From the NCBI GenBank assembly GCA_013265495.1, contig MU058423.1, forward strand, positions 2,619,061 through 2,683,060: 64,000 nucleotides of DNA, read 5' to 3'. The translations under genes and the position numbers were made by a program. This document shows, piece after piece, positions 41,107-50,800 of the stretch. Source of the stretch: Vicugna vicugna. Taxonomy: Eukaryota. The notes below the pieces were generated by a model. The model had not been told where the DNA came from. It was given only the letters and a program-made list of their open reading frames with translations, and did not search any database. The first letter of the stretch is position 1. Every line of letters begins with the position of its first letter.

Positions 41107-42462
41107 TCATGACTCCAGTCGCGGTGAGGGGGCAGGACGGAGGTAGCTGTCCGACATGATGATGTCGCTGGTGAGCTGTTGCTCCAGAAACTCAGAGGTC
41201 TCCTCGGCTATCTGGCCTGGAATTCGAAAGTCAACAGCAGGTGGCTCCTGCTTGGGGCTGGGTACGGGTCGGGAAACCCAGGACTCCGTGGGACAGCCAG
41301 TCGCCTGAAGAAACTGCAGGAAGTTCTCCTCAATGGAGCCCTCCCGGCTCGGCAGCCTCAGCTCCTCCTCTGGAGCCTGCTTGAAAAAGCAGACAAACTG
41401 CTTGCTGAGCTCCCCCCGAATCTGCCGATTGAGACATCCATAGAAGAAAGGGTTGGAAGTGAAGCAGAAGTAGCCAATCCAGGTCACCACATTCTCCACC
41501 TGCCCAGTCGACATGGGCTGAGCACTTAGGGCAACATAGAGGTGAAAGGAAAAGTAGGGCAACCAACAGAGCAGGAACTGTCCTCCCACGGCCAGGAGGA
41601 CCACCGCTGCCTTCCCTCCCCCAAACGTCCGGTGCGGGGTGGTCTGGGGGGCCCCTGAGCTGGTGACCATAGTGGAGCGGCTGCTGAGAGACTCAGAGCG
41701 TTGCCGGGGTGTCTCCATCCACGTGGGCAGTGGTCCGTGCTGCATGGCAGCCACACGGGCTACTCGGAACATGCTACAGTAGACCACAAGGATGAGGAGC
41801 AGGGGCAACAAGAAGTAAAGGACAGCAAAGACCACCACAAAAAGCTGGCAGTAGGCACTGTGGCTCCATTGGAGTGAGCAGCCTAGGGGTACTCTGGGAG
41901 CTCCTTCCTCCCGGGAGACCCTTCCTAACACTGGCACAGAAGCCATGGCCAAGGCCTTTACCCATACACCCACCAGAACAGAGGCCACCAGCCCTAGTGT
42001 CATGCGCACCTCATAGCGCATGGGGTGGACCACATAATAGTAGCGCTCCACGTTGATGGCCGACACCGAGAGAATGGCCAGGCTGACAAAACATACGCTC
42101 AGGAACAAGTAGAGGCGGCAGGCGACCTCCCCAAAGAGGTCATGGTCAAAGAGGGCAGAGCTGGAGAGCATAGCCAGGGGCATGAGGGTCAGGGCGGCCA
42201 GCAGGTCCACCAGGCAGAGGTGGAAGACAAAGACAAATTTTCGAAGAGCGGGTGTCTTGGCGATAACAGCCATCACAGCAGCATTGCCAGCCACAGCGGT
42301 CAAGTCCAGCAGGAGCATGAAGAAGAGGGCCACGGATTCTGAAGCCACGTCCCGCAGCCCCACCTCTGGGACTCCACTGGCAGTAGAAGGACCTGGGGTT
42401 TGAGGGACCCTCCCTAGAGTGGAAGAGTTCCCTGATGACTGGGGGATGGGTGAGGACTCCAT
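41107..42462 (-). CDS. GPR61: G-protein coupled receptor 61 (orphan class A GPCR), 451 aa, intronless CDS
   Basis: ORF 41107..42495 in the track starts at a TTG; the first in-frame ATG is at 42462 (MESSPIPQSSGNSS...). Seven hydrophobic segments, TM1 GN, TM2 D, TM3 ERY, TM6 CWLP, TM7 NPFFY, N-glycosylation NSS, C-terminus PRLES. Tandem position upstream of GNAI3 matches known mammalian synteny. Confidence 0.97.
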   Translation of the reverse strand: MESSPIPQSSGNSSTLGRVPQTPGPSTASGVPEVGLRDVASESVALFFMLLLDLTAVAGNAAVMAVIAKTPALRKFVFVFHLCLVDLLAALTLMPLAMLSSSALFDHDLFGEVACRLYLFLSVCFVSLAILSVSAINVERYYYVVHPMRYEVRMTLGLVASVLVGVWVKALAMASVPVLGRVSREEGAPRVPLGCSLQWSHSAYCQLFVVVFAVLYFLLPLLLILVVYCSMFRVARVAAMQHGPLPTWMETPRQRSESLSSRSTMVTSSGAPQTTPHRTFGGGKAAVVLLAVGGQFLLCWLPYFSFHLYVALSAQPMSTGQVENVVTWIGYFCFTSNPFFYGCLNRQIRGELSKQFVCFFKQAPEEELRLPSREGSIEENFLQFLQATGCPTESWVSRPVPSPKQEPPAVDFRIPGQIAEETSEFLEQQLTSDIIMSDSYLRPAPSPRLES

Positions 42463-42989
42463 GGGGCCGAAAGAGGACACCCAGGGCACCTCCAATCACA
42501 GGCCCATCCCCCATCCTAGTCCAGTGACCCTGGGATGGCAAGCCCAGGCCCAGGCTTCCCAATTTTGTGTGTGTGTTGAGGAGGGAGGGGAGAGCGCCTC
42601 CTGCTGGAGCCTCTTGGGCAGGCTCTTATTGCCAGCCTTCAAGGCCAGTGACTGAGGGCTCAGCAGTTAGCTCCCAGTCCACCCTGGTGACTTCAAAGAA
42701 GCAGGAAAGTGAGAGATGCAGGAGCCTCGCCCACTCAACACTCCACCTTCTGAGTGGTGCCCAGCCCCTTCTTTTCCACTTCCTTTCCTCTGTTCTCCAC
42801 ACCCTTCTCCCCTTTCAAGGACTGTTATCCAGAGATTCTAAATCCATGGTCTCCTTTTCCCAGGGTCCAGCTGAGCTTCAGGATAGTGCCCCAGTTTTAA
42901 GATTGCTTATGTGAATTTCCTAATATCTGGTCTCCTCAGAATGGCAGGAGCTGTTGGGGAGAAGGAGCATAAGGTTTGGTTTCCAGTCC

Positions 42990-43370
42990 CAGGTCTGGGA
43001 GTTATTAACTCTGTGACGCTTCTGAACTGCAGTTTCCTCATAAAGCCATCTGTAAAATAAAGGGAATAATGCCTGCTTCACAACTGTGTTTGGAAGATGA
43101 TGTGAGATTTATTAATAAAAGTACTAATAATGAACAATGAAATATATGGTGCTTTCCACATGCCAGGCCCTGTTCTAGGCTGTCAACTCACTTTAATTCT
43201 TATACGACCCTATGAGGTAGATAAAATTCTTATCCTCATTTTGCGGTTGATAAAACTGGGGCCTACAGAGATTAAATAACTTACCAAAATTCACAGTTAG
43301 TTAGTAGCAAGGTCCAGGTCCTCGGCCAGGTGGCCTGGCTCCAGGGCCAGCACTCCAGCCCACCATGCCG
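42990..43370. mobile_element. Two adjacent MIRs in opposite orientation immediately upstream of the GPR61 leader
   Basis: CAGTTTCCTCAT...CATCTGTAAAAT (43030-43060), then CCCTATGAGGTAG...CCTCATTTTGCGG...AGAGATTAAATAACTT (43208-43283). Confidence 0.75.
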
Positions 43371-44083
43371 TGCTGCACTTGCTGGTGCCCGCCACTGTGG
43401 CTGGAACATAATAGATATTCAGGAAATAGTTGTTGAATTTGAACCATCTCTAAACATGTCTCTCACTGCACTGGGGCTACCACTAGGGAGAGATCATCTG
43501 AAAAGTGGAGGGACTGCACTTTAGTTTGCTGTGACACCACCACCCCCTGGACAAAGAGCTTCCACTTGGGGAGAGTTGAGAAGGAACAGTGAGAACAAAA
43601 CGTCCCAGCTGGAAGGAAATTCATCCAGCTTCCATTGCTCTCGAAGCCACAAGGGCATAAGTCACATGAAAGCTGCCCTTCCCCATGAACTCGTTAACTT
43701 CCTAAGTCACTGTGTCCCCACAGGTGGGAGAGGAGCTGCTTCTATCCTCCCACTCCCCAGGGCCCCAGATCTCTGGTCATGAGTTGACCATCGCAGGACC
43801 CCTGGCCAAAACCCTCCTGTTCCTGGTCTGTTACCACAGTCCCAGAACAAGGAGGGAGGAGTAGGCATGTGTGTAAGAGCAGGGTAGGTATGTGGGGTGG
43901 AGGTGGGGGTAGAAGGGGATGAGAATAAAGCAGAGAGGAAAACTGGAAGAAACTGGCAAAGGAAAAAGTCTGGGGGTTCAGGGTCTCTCATTTCTACCTG
44001 ATCAAATGGCAGATCAAAGCTGTTTGATGTGTCTCATTATCCATGCTGAGTTTGCATGGAATTGAAATAAGCTGCCCAATGTA

Positions 44084-44323
44084 CAGCTCACCCCTGAACA
44101 ACGTGGGTTTAAACTGAAGGGGTCCACTTAACATGCAGATTTTTTTTCAGTAGTAAATATTACAGTGTTACACTATCTGAGCAGTGGTTGGTTGAATGCA
44201 CAGATGCAGAACGTGGGTTTGGAGCAACTGTGATACAGAGGGTCTACTATAGATTACACCTGGATTTTCCACTGCTTGGAGGGGCCAATGCCCCTCATCC
44301 CAGCACTGTTCAAGGGTCAGCTG
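44084..44323. mobile_element. Tigger2-family MITE (MER8-like), TcMar DNA transposon
   Basis: 240 bp; terminal inverted repeats CAGCTCACCCCTGAACA / TGTTCAAGGGTCAGCTG; TA target duplication on both sides. Confidence 0.85.
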
Positions 44324-45393
44324 TAATTTTAACTTTTTAAATTTCCATTTGCTATTTTTGCAGTCCAGATTCCCTCACTACAGTGTGCTAAGGTATCAAA
44401 ATTAGAAGCAAACTACGGACATGCCAAGTCTGATGGGCTTTCTGCAGACAAGTCAGGAGTTTCCTGAGTCAGTTTCCTTATCTGTAAAATGGGAAGGTTG
44501 GACTGGCAGACCTCCAGGGTTTCCATATATGATGACAATTGATGGCTCAGTGAGTTTCCGGGTTACAGAGGGCCTGGTGGTGGCTCAATTAAAAACCTTT
44601 TAATTCTCTGACTGCAACAAAGAGGCACATGTTGGGCAGATGGGCCCCCTTCCCCCTCCATAGTTTGTCTTACAATTACCCTTGGTTTTTGGCATTACAA
44701 CCAACCTCGCTAACTTAACTTGCAGCATGCCATGCATACAATAGTGCTCGATACAATTTTGTGAATTGAATCAAACTCAAATTGATCAACTGAATCCCTG
44801 CCCCATAGTACACACTCCAGGAACACTCAGTTCATCAGTTGTGTGCCGGCTAGGGGCCTCTTTTCTGGACTTGAGGCAGCCCTAACTTTGGACAACTACC
44901 TAGGGACATACCTCTACCCAGAGATAGCAGACAGTTCATTTCACAGTTAACATGGCCACATAGACTCAGGGTCTGCAGAGAAGGTAAAGAGAAGGCCCAG
45001 AACTGGGGCCATCACTTCTCATAAGACGATCTGTCAGAAAAAGACGCGGAAAGAAAAACCAGGGGAGGCATCCGTGCCCCTTACTCTCTATACTATGACT
45101 ACCCCCACCCCTTCTGCCTGGGAGTGGGGCCCAGAAGACATGGCTCTGAGGCCCTGGGAGCTAAAGGAGTAAAGACCCATCATGTCTGCATGGACAGCAG
45201 GAGTGTAACTGCAGGGCGCACCCAGGGTCCCAGACAGGGAAGCAGAAGTGGTTTCCACATGGAGATGGAGGGGCGCTCTGCAGCCACGACGGAGCCCTAG
45301 GCAAGAAGGCATTGGACATTTCTCTTTTGCACAGCCCTCTCAGCCTTGCCAGTATCTCCACACTGAGTCCTAAATTCCAGAACTCCCATTTAC

Positions 45394-45620
45394 CTACTGA
45401 CAATGGGCCAATATACCTGCTCCCCAGAACTTCCTCACTGACGGACTAGGGTAAAGGCGGGGACGGTGGTGGTATGATGGTTTCAAAGGGGAAGCCCAGG
45501 GAGCCTCACTCCACTCCCAGATAGTATCACTGGGCCTTCTCAAATGCTCCTGTCCTCCACCGCTTCCTTCCAACAACCCTTCCCTCACCTCCGGGACGTC
45601 TCAGTACCTGGAAGGCTTTG
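45394..45620 (-). other. GPR61: Candidate GPR61 non-coding first exon / promoter region
   Basis: Donor-like AG|GTAAAT at 45393 and locally raised CpG ~3 kb upstream of the CDS. GPR61 is known to have a non-coding first exon, but this exact placement is inference. Confidence 0.35.
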
Positions 45621-47619
45621 CCACCCTGGGGGCTGAGGTCTGGGTCTCCAGCAGGGGAATGGTCAAGTTACAAATAGCCTTGCTTCAGGATGCAAGATGT
45701 ACAGAAGCACCCAGCCCAAGGCCACAGAGGTGTCGTTGGGATTCACATGCACCTGTTTCCCAGATACAGAGCTTCTAGGCCAAGGCCCCAAGCCGGGCCC
45801 CTCTTCAGACAACAGTGTGCCCCTCTTAAGCCAGGTAAGATTTCCAGGGGGCTAGAGCACCTCTCCCCAGCAGACTTGCCTGTCGGCCTGAATGCCAAAG
45901 GACCCATTCCTAGGATATAGGATCCATTTCTATGACATGGAGCAAGAGAGATGGGAAACCCTGTCTGTGTGCGGGATGTGAGTACTCCTGCTGGTGGGAG
46001 ATCAACCCCCATCTCTAGGCTTCAGAGATGCTCACACCCCAATACCACCTTTGGGATACCTGGGAACCCATCCCCTGACAAAACTGCCCACCATAAGGTT
46101 GGGTGGGCTGTACCCTTCTGTAGGGGACCTCAGCATTCACCACCAGGCCTGGGTCTGGCCCCGGTCCTGGCCTAGTCGGCAACTCCTACCTTTGCTGAGC
46201 AGCTCCCGGCTCCCATGTGATAGCTCCTCTCAGCTGATGCTTCTCCAAGGCTGCTGAAGCCTGAACCACTGCAGTGATCGGTGAGAGGCAGAGCAGGATG
46301 CTCTGAGAGCTTCTGGGTCCTAATGGCCTCCTGCTTCCCACCCAGCCCCTTGGAGCCACTTCTGGAGTCAGGAGCCAGGCACTGGCACCCCCAGACAAGG
46401 TGCCCAGGAGTGGGCCCAGCCCCTCTACTTCTCTCAGGTTGCTGGAGTGATAGCTCAAAAGCCTAGAGGGGGCAGGTGATGGTAGGCAGGGGAGACCGTC
46501 CTGGCCAGCCTGATCACATAAAAAGAGCACTCAGAGTCAAAAAATCCAGGTCTGAGGCCTGGCCCTGGTACTTACCTGCTGTGTGTCCTCGGGCAAGTCA
46601 CTTGCCACTTCTGGCCTTGATTTCTTATTTGTTCAAGGATAAAGATAGCATAGATGATCCCTAAAGTTCCAGACAGCCCTGCCATTGCATGGTCCTGGGA
46701 CATCAGAACCAAGGTGCTTTTTCAGTAGGCCAGTCAGTGCAGACACAGAGCCACAGGGTCGGGTCTGGCAGCGCCCTGGCCTCCAGGGTGTGATCCAAGG
46801 TTTGGCTCCTTTGGAAGCTGCCTGTGTAGAGAGGACGGGTTTAGTTAGGAGTGGTGGTCAGGTTTGAAGGGGAGCTAAGGGCCTTGTCCCAACCCTGCAC
46901 TTACCCCTCAGAAGGTGCATTGCTATTGTTTTAGATTGTATGTTCACATGGTGTGGGTCTGTGAGAGCTGGTGTAGGTGGCGGAATTGAGCCACCTTGCG
47001 GTACCAGCACAGCACCACTCCCTGCAGGCAGCTTGGGTGGCAGGCACTCGGGAAGTCTCTGACTGGTCTGGGCCTGTGGGACCAAACAGAGCTAGAGAAC
47101 ATTACCCACAGAAGATCCAAGGCCAGGCAATGAGCCTTTATAGGCGGGATGGAGGGGAATGGCTTCCCACTAGCTAGGAAGAACACAGTTCCCTAGGTGG
47201 ATGGCTGATACCCAAGGATAGGATCTGAATGCTGTAGAGCTGTAAGACATCCTACAGGCCAAGGCATCCAAATTTCTGAGGCCCAGAGAGGTGAAGAGAT
47301 TTCCCAAGGCCACTCATGGTGGAGCCATGAGCCTAGACAAGGAATTCAAGCATGATACCCACCCCAGATCCCACTGCCCTGAGACTCCACTATCTGGGAA
47401 GTCTTGTTGCTAAAAAGAAACAAAGGGAATTCTGGAAGTGTTTACTAGATCCAACCCAAAGAGCCTTAAGAACAATTAATTACCCAGGGAACTCAGAGGG
47501 GACAAGGTGGTTGCCCCAGGCCCCAGGTCAACAACAAACAGGCCACTGACCAGCCCAGACCTAACACAGTGACCTCCACTATTCCCAGCCACCCTTTCTT
47601 GCGCTCTCCTGAGTGCCTG

Positions 47620-47800
47620 ATGCTTCATTTACAGAACTTCAATCCTCACACCGATTCTGTGAGGCAGCCACTACTCATCATATTTTATAGATGAGAAAAT
47701 GGGTACCAGGGGTGAAGTGAATTTTCCCAGATCACACAGCTAGTAAGTGCCAGAGCCAATATTTGAATCCAGGTCTGTTTGAAACCAAAGCATTTACTCT
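47620..47800. mobile_element. MIR SINE (further degraded MIRs near 25020, 44460, 46540, 48170, 50180, 50640, 55870, 57600, 61580)
   Basis: TTTTATAGATGAGAAAAT...CCCAGATCACACAGCTAGTAAGTG...TTTGAATCCAGGTCTGT. Confidence 0.8.
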
Positions 47801-50800
47801 TTCCCCCACACCCCCATGGCTTCTCTGGAGGCCTGGCATGAATCTCTGGACTGAAGCCCTAAAGCTAATTCTATAGAAGTGGCCACTGTCTTCCAGGAAA
47901 CAGCCTAAAACAAAATTAGATACACCTGAGTAAAGGGAAATCAAATTAAAACATGTAAAGAGCAAAGTGATTTTTATCAAACCCTGTGCTGGCGTGTTGG
48001 CAAGATCACTGATATCAGTCAAACCCTCTGGGATCAGGTAAGTCCTGTCCCTGATCAGCACCTATGTCATTCCTGCAGGGGCCCAGCCCAGACTGACATG
48101 GCCACCTTCCAAGGATTTCGCAAAGAACCAAAGAGAACACGGGTTCATCAGAACGGGATTACAGAAACAGCACTGGATTGGTCAGAAAACCTTGATTCTA
48201 TCTGGGCTCTATTCTACTGGTTGACAGTAAGACCTTGGCCTGTGAGTTAGCCATCTGTGTCTTAAAATGGGCAAAATTCTTTACTTCCAGCTTGTCTAAT
48301 AGAGATAGGAAACCTGTAACACTGCCTGCTTCTCAGAGTTGAGGAAGCCTGTACAGTTACCCTGGCTGGCCAAAAACAACCAGTGTGGTGGCCTGCGGGC
48401 AAAATCCCCAGGCCCTGAGGCCCCTCCCAGAGAGCCTTTGGGAGAGGTGGCTGTAAGGAGACAGTGGACCATACAGCATCTTAGTTGCTGGAAGCCACCT
48501 TGGCTCAGGAGAGGAGGAACTCCCTAGCCTGGCCTGGAGGCAGCTGATAACAATGACAACAATAAGGTGATGACACTAGCTCTCGAGGGCCGGTCTGCGT
48601 TCTCATCAAACGACCTCAATAGGGGTTTGGGGGAGCTATTGACATTACATCTCCCCACCCCACCCTGCCCACGCCTCCTTTTAGAGCTTAGCTCAAGGAG
48701 GTGGGAAGGCCAAGGTGGAGAAACTGGGAGTGGTCCCACAAGCCAGGTCAGAGAGCCATAGCGGCCTTGCTACATGCATACCCAGGAGCAGGCTCCCGTG
48801 AAGGGTCGAGGAGGGGCAGCTCTCTCCTCAGGATCGTGATAGGGCTCTTGGTGCTGAGGTCTGATTACTCCACCCAGACTTGCTTCTTGGTGCAGCCCTG
48901 CCCTGCCCTGCCCATCAGCACCTCTTGACAACGTTATGTCCACCCTTACCCACCCTTTCCTGCCCCCTCAAGGTGAGACCTTGAAGTGGACCAAGTTTAT
49001 CTTTCATTCATCCATCCACATACTCCATACTCTCTCTATTGCTTTTCATGTGCCCACACCCTGCTCCCTGGAGCCCCTCACCTGCTTAGTGGCACCCACT
49101 CCCCCCCTTCTCTGCTCTCTCTGCCTCTGTCAAAACCTGCTCTCACGAAAGAGGCTGATAAATCCATTCACACTGATAGCAGCTTAATGTGTTCCCTCTC
49201 CCAGGAATATTAACAATTTAACAGGGAACAAAGGGAAAGAAGCTGGATGTTGGGATTCCAGCATCAACCAGGGGTGTCCCTGAGATCCTACAAACACTGG
49301 CCTCACCCCGCAGGATGCCGACACGGCGCCCTCCCTGCACCCACCACTACCCACATGGACTCCCAACCCTCCCCACGTGGAGAGCTGGCTCACAGCTGGG
49401 ACCTCCCCACCGCAACACAGCTCCCGGCTGTCCAGAGCTCCCTGTGCCAGCGCCAGCCCTGGCTGCTCCCCAGACAGCCACCCCCTGCCCGCCATCTGCG
49501 GCCAGGCTGAGAGGCTGCAAAGGGAGTTGGAGGAAAGCAGAGGTGAAAGCCTTTCCATTCCCTTTATTCCCCCACAGTCTGGCCTACACCCCTGCCAGGA
49601 GCCAAGATCCGACAGTATATTCAGCCTGCAGCTGCCACTGGTCATGTGAGCCCATTGCTAGGTTACAGGGACCCAAAAATAAATCCTTCCCAACCAGATT
49701 AGAAACTGGGGGCCTTGGATGAACCAGGCTCAAAAGAGTGACAGGAACACCCACAGTGCATGTGCAGGCCAGGCCTGCTATGAGACGGGGGAGCCTTCCC
49801 CGTGCTACCCACCCCCCATCTATCAGCTGGGCTCCATGCTGGACCCCTGAAGAAAAATTCCCAGAGAGCTGCCGGGCCTTTGGTGGTTGCACAATAAGCA
49901 GGTCTATGGACAGAGTCGCCCTTCCTCACTAGCACCAGGGGCTGCTGGGGCAATAATCCCCTGTCTGTTTTTCCCATCCAACTTCCTCAGCATCGGCCTG
50001 CCCCTGCAAAAGCCTGCCCCACCCCCAGTGCAGCTGCAGAGCACCATTGACCGTTTGCTCTGTGGCCTGAGGGGCAATCCGTGCCAGGGGTCCTTTTCCA
50101 GACTCGGACAGGGAAGGCGACCTAGCAGTAGACCTAGAACCGGGCACATTCACAGGAGAGATTTCACAACCATCCTTTGAGTTAGTTTCAATACCTCCAT
50201 CTACACATGTGGAAACTGAGGCTCAGAGAGGTTAACTGAATTTCTCAGAGCCATGAAGCTGAGCAGCTGGGATTTGAATCCCAGATCTGTATTGACTAAG
50301 TCTGGGGATGGGATAAGGAAGAAGACAGGGAAGCACAGCGAAGGAAGCAGGGTGGTCCCTGAAAACTCTTCCCTAGGGCCTGATAACCTACCCTGGGCAC
50401 CTTACCTTGAATGGGGGTGTTGTCTCTCTCTGCTCCCCACTTCCACATCCTCTGAGACAGCACTGCTGACCCAGGCCACATGTCTCCTTCTTCATGGCAT
50501 TGGACTCTGTCACCTCTCGTACAGAACCTTAGATGGGAGTCATTCCTGGTGCTCAGGCCTGAGGGGGGTCTCCATTGATCAGTACCCCTCTACTTCAGAA
50601 CCTTGGCCTGGAGTCAGAGCTGAAAGGGTCATAAGAGGTCAGGTAACTATTTTACAGATGAATAGGCCCAGAGAGGGGGAGTAACTTGCCCAAGGCTACA
50701 CAGCTAGAGGGCAAAAGACAAATGACCAGAATTTGATCCTCCAGATTCCTACCCACCCCCTTTTTCTGCCTGTTATTAAAGACAGTTGAGAGACCATCAC

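Noticed and set aside
42463..42495. 11-aa N-terminal extension of GPR61 (462-aa ORF in the track)
   Set aside because: It starts at TTG, a bacterial-style start; the first in-frame ATG at 42462 gives the expected 451 aa.
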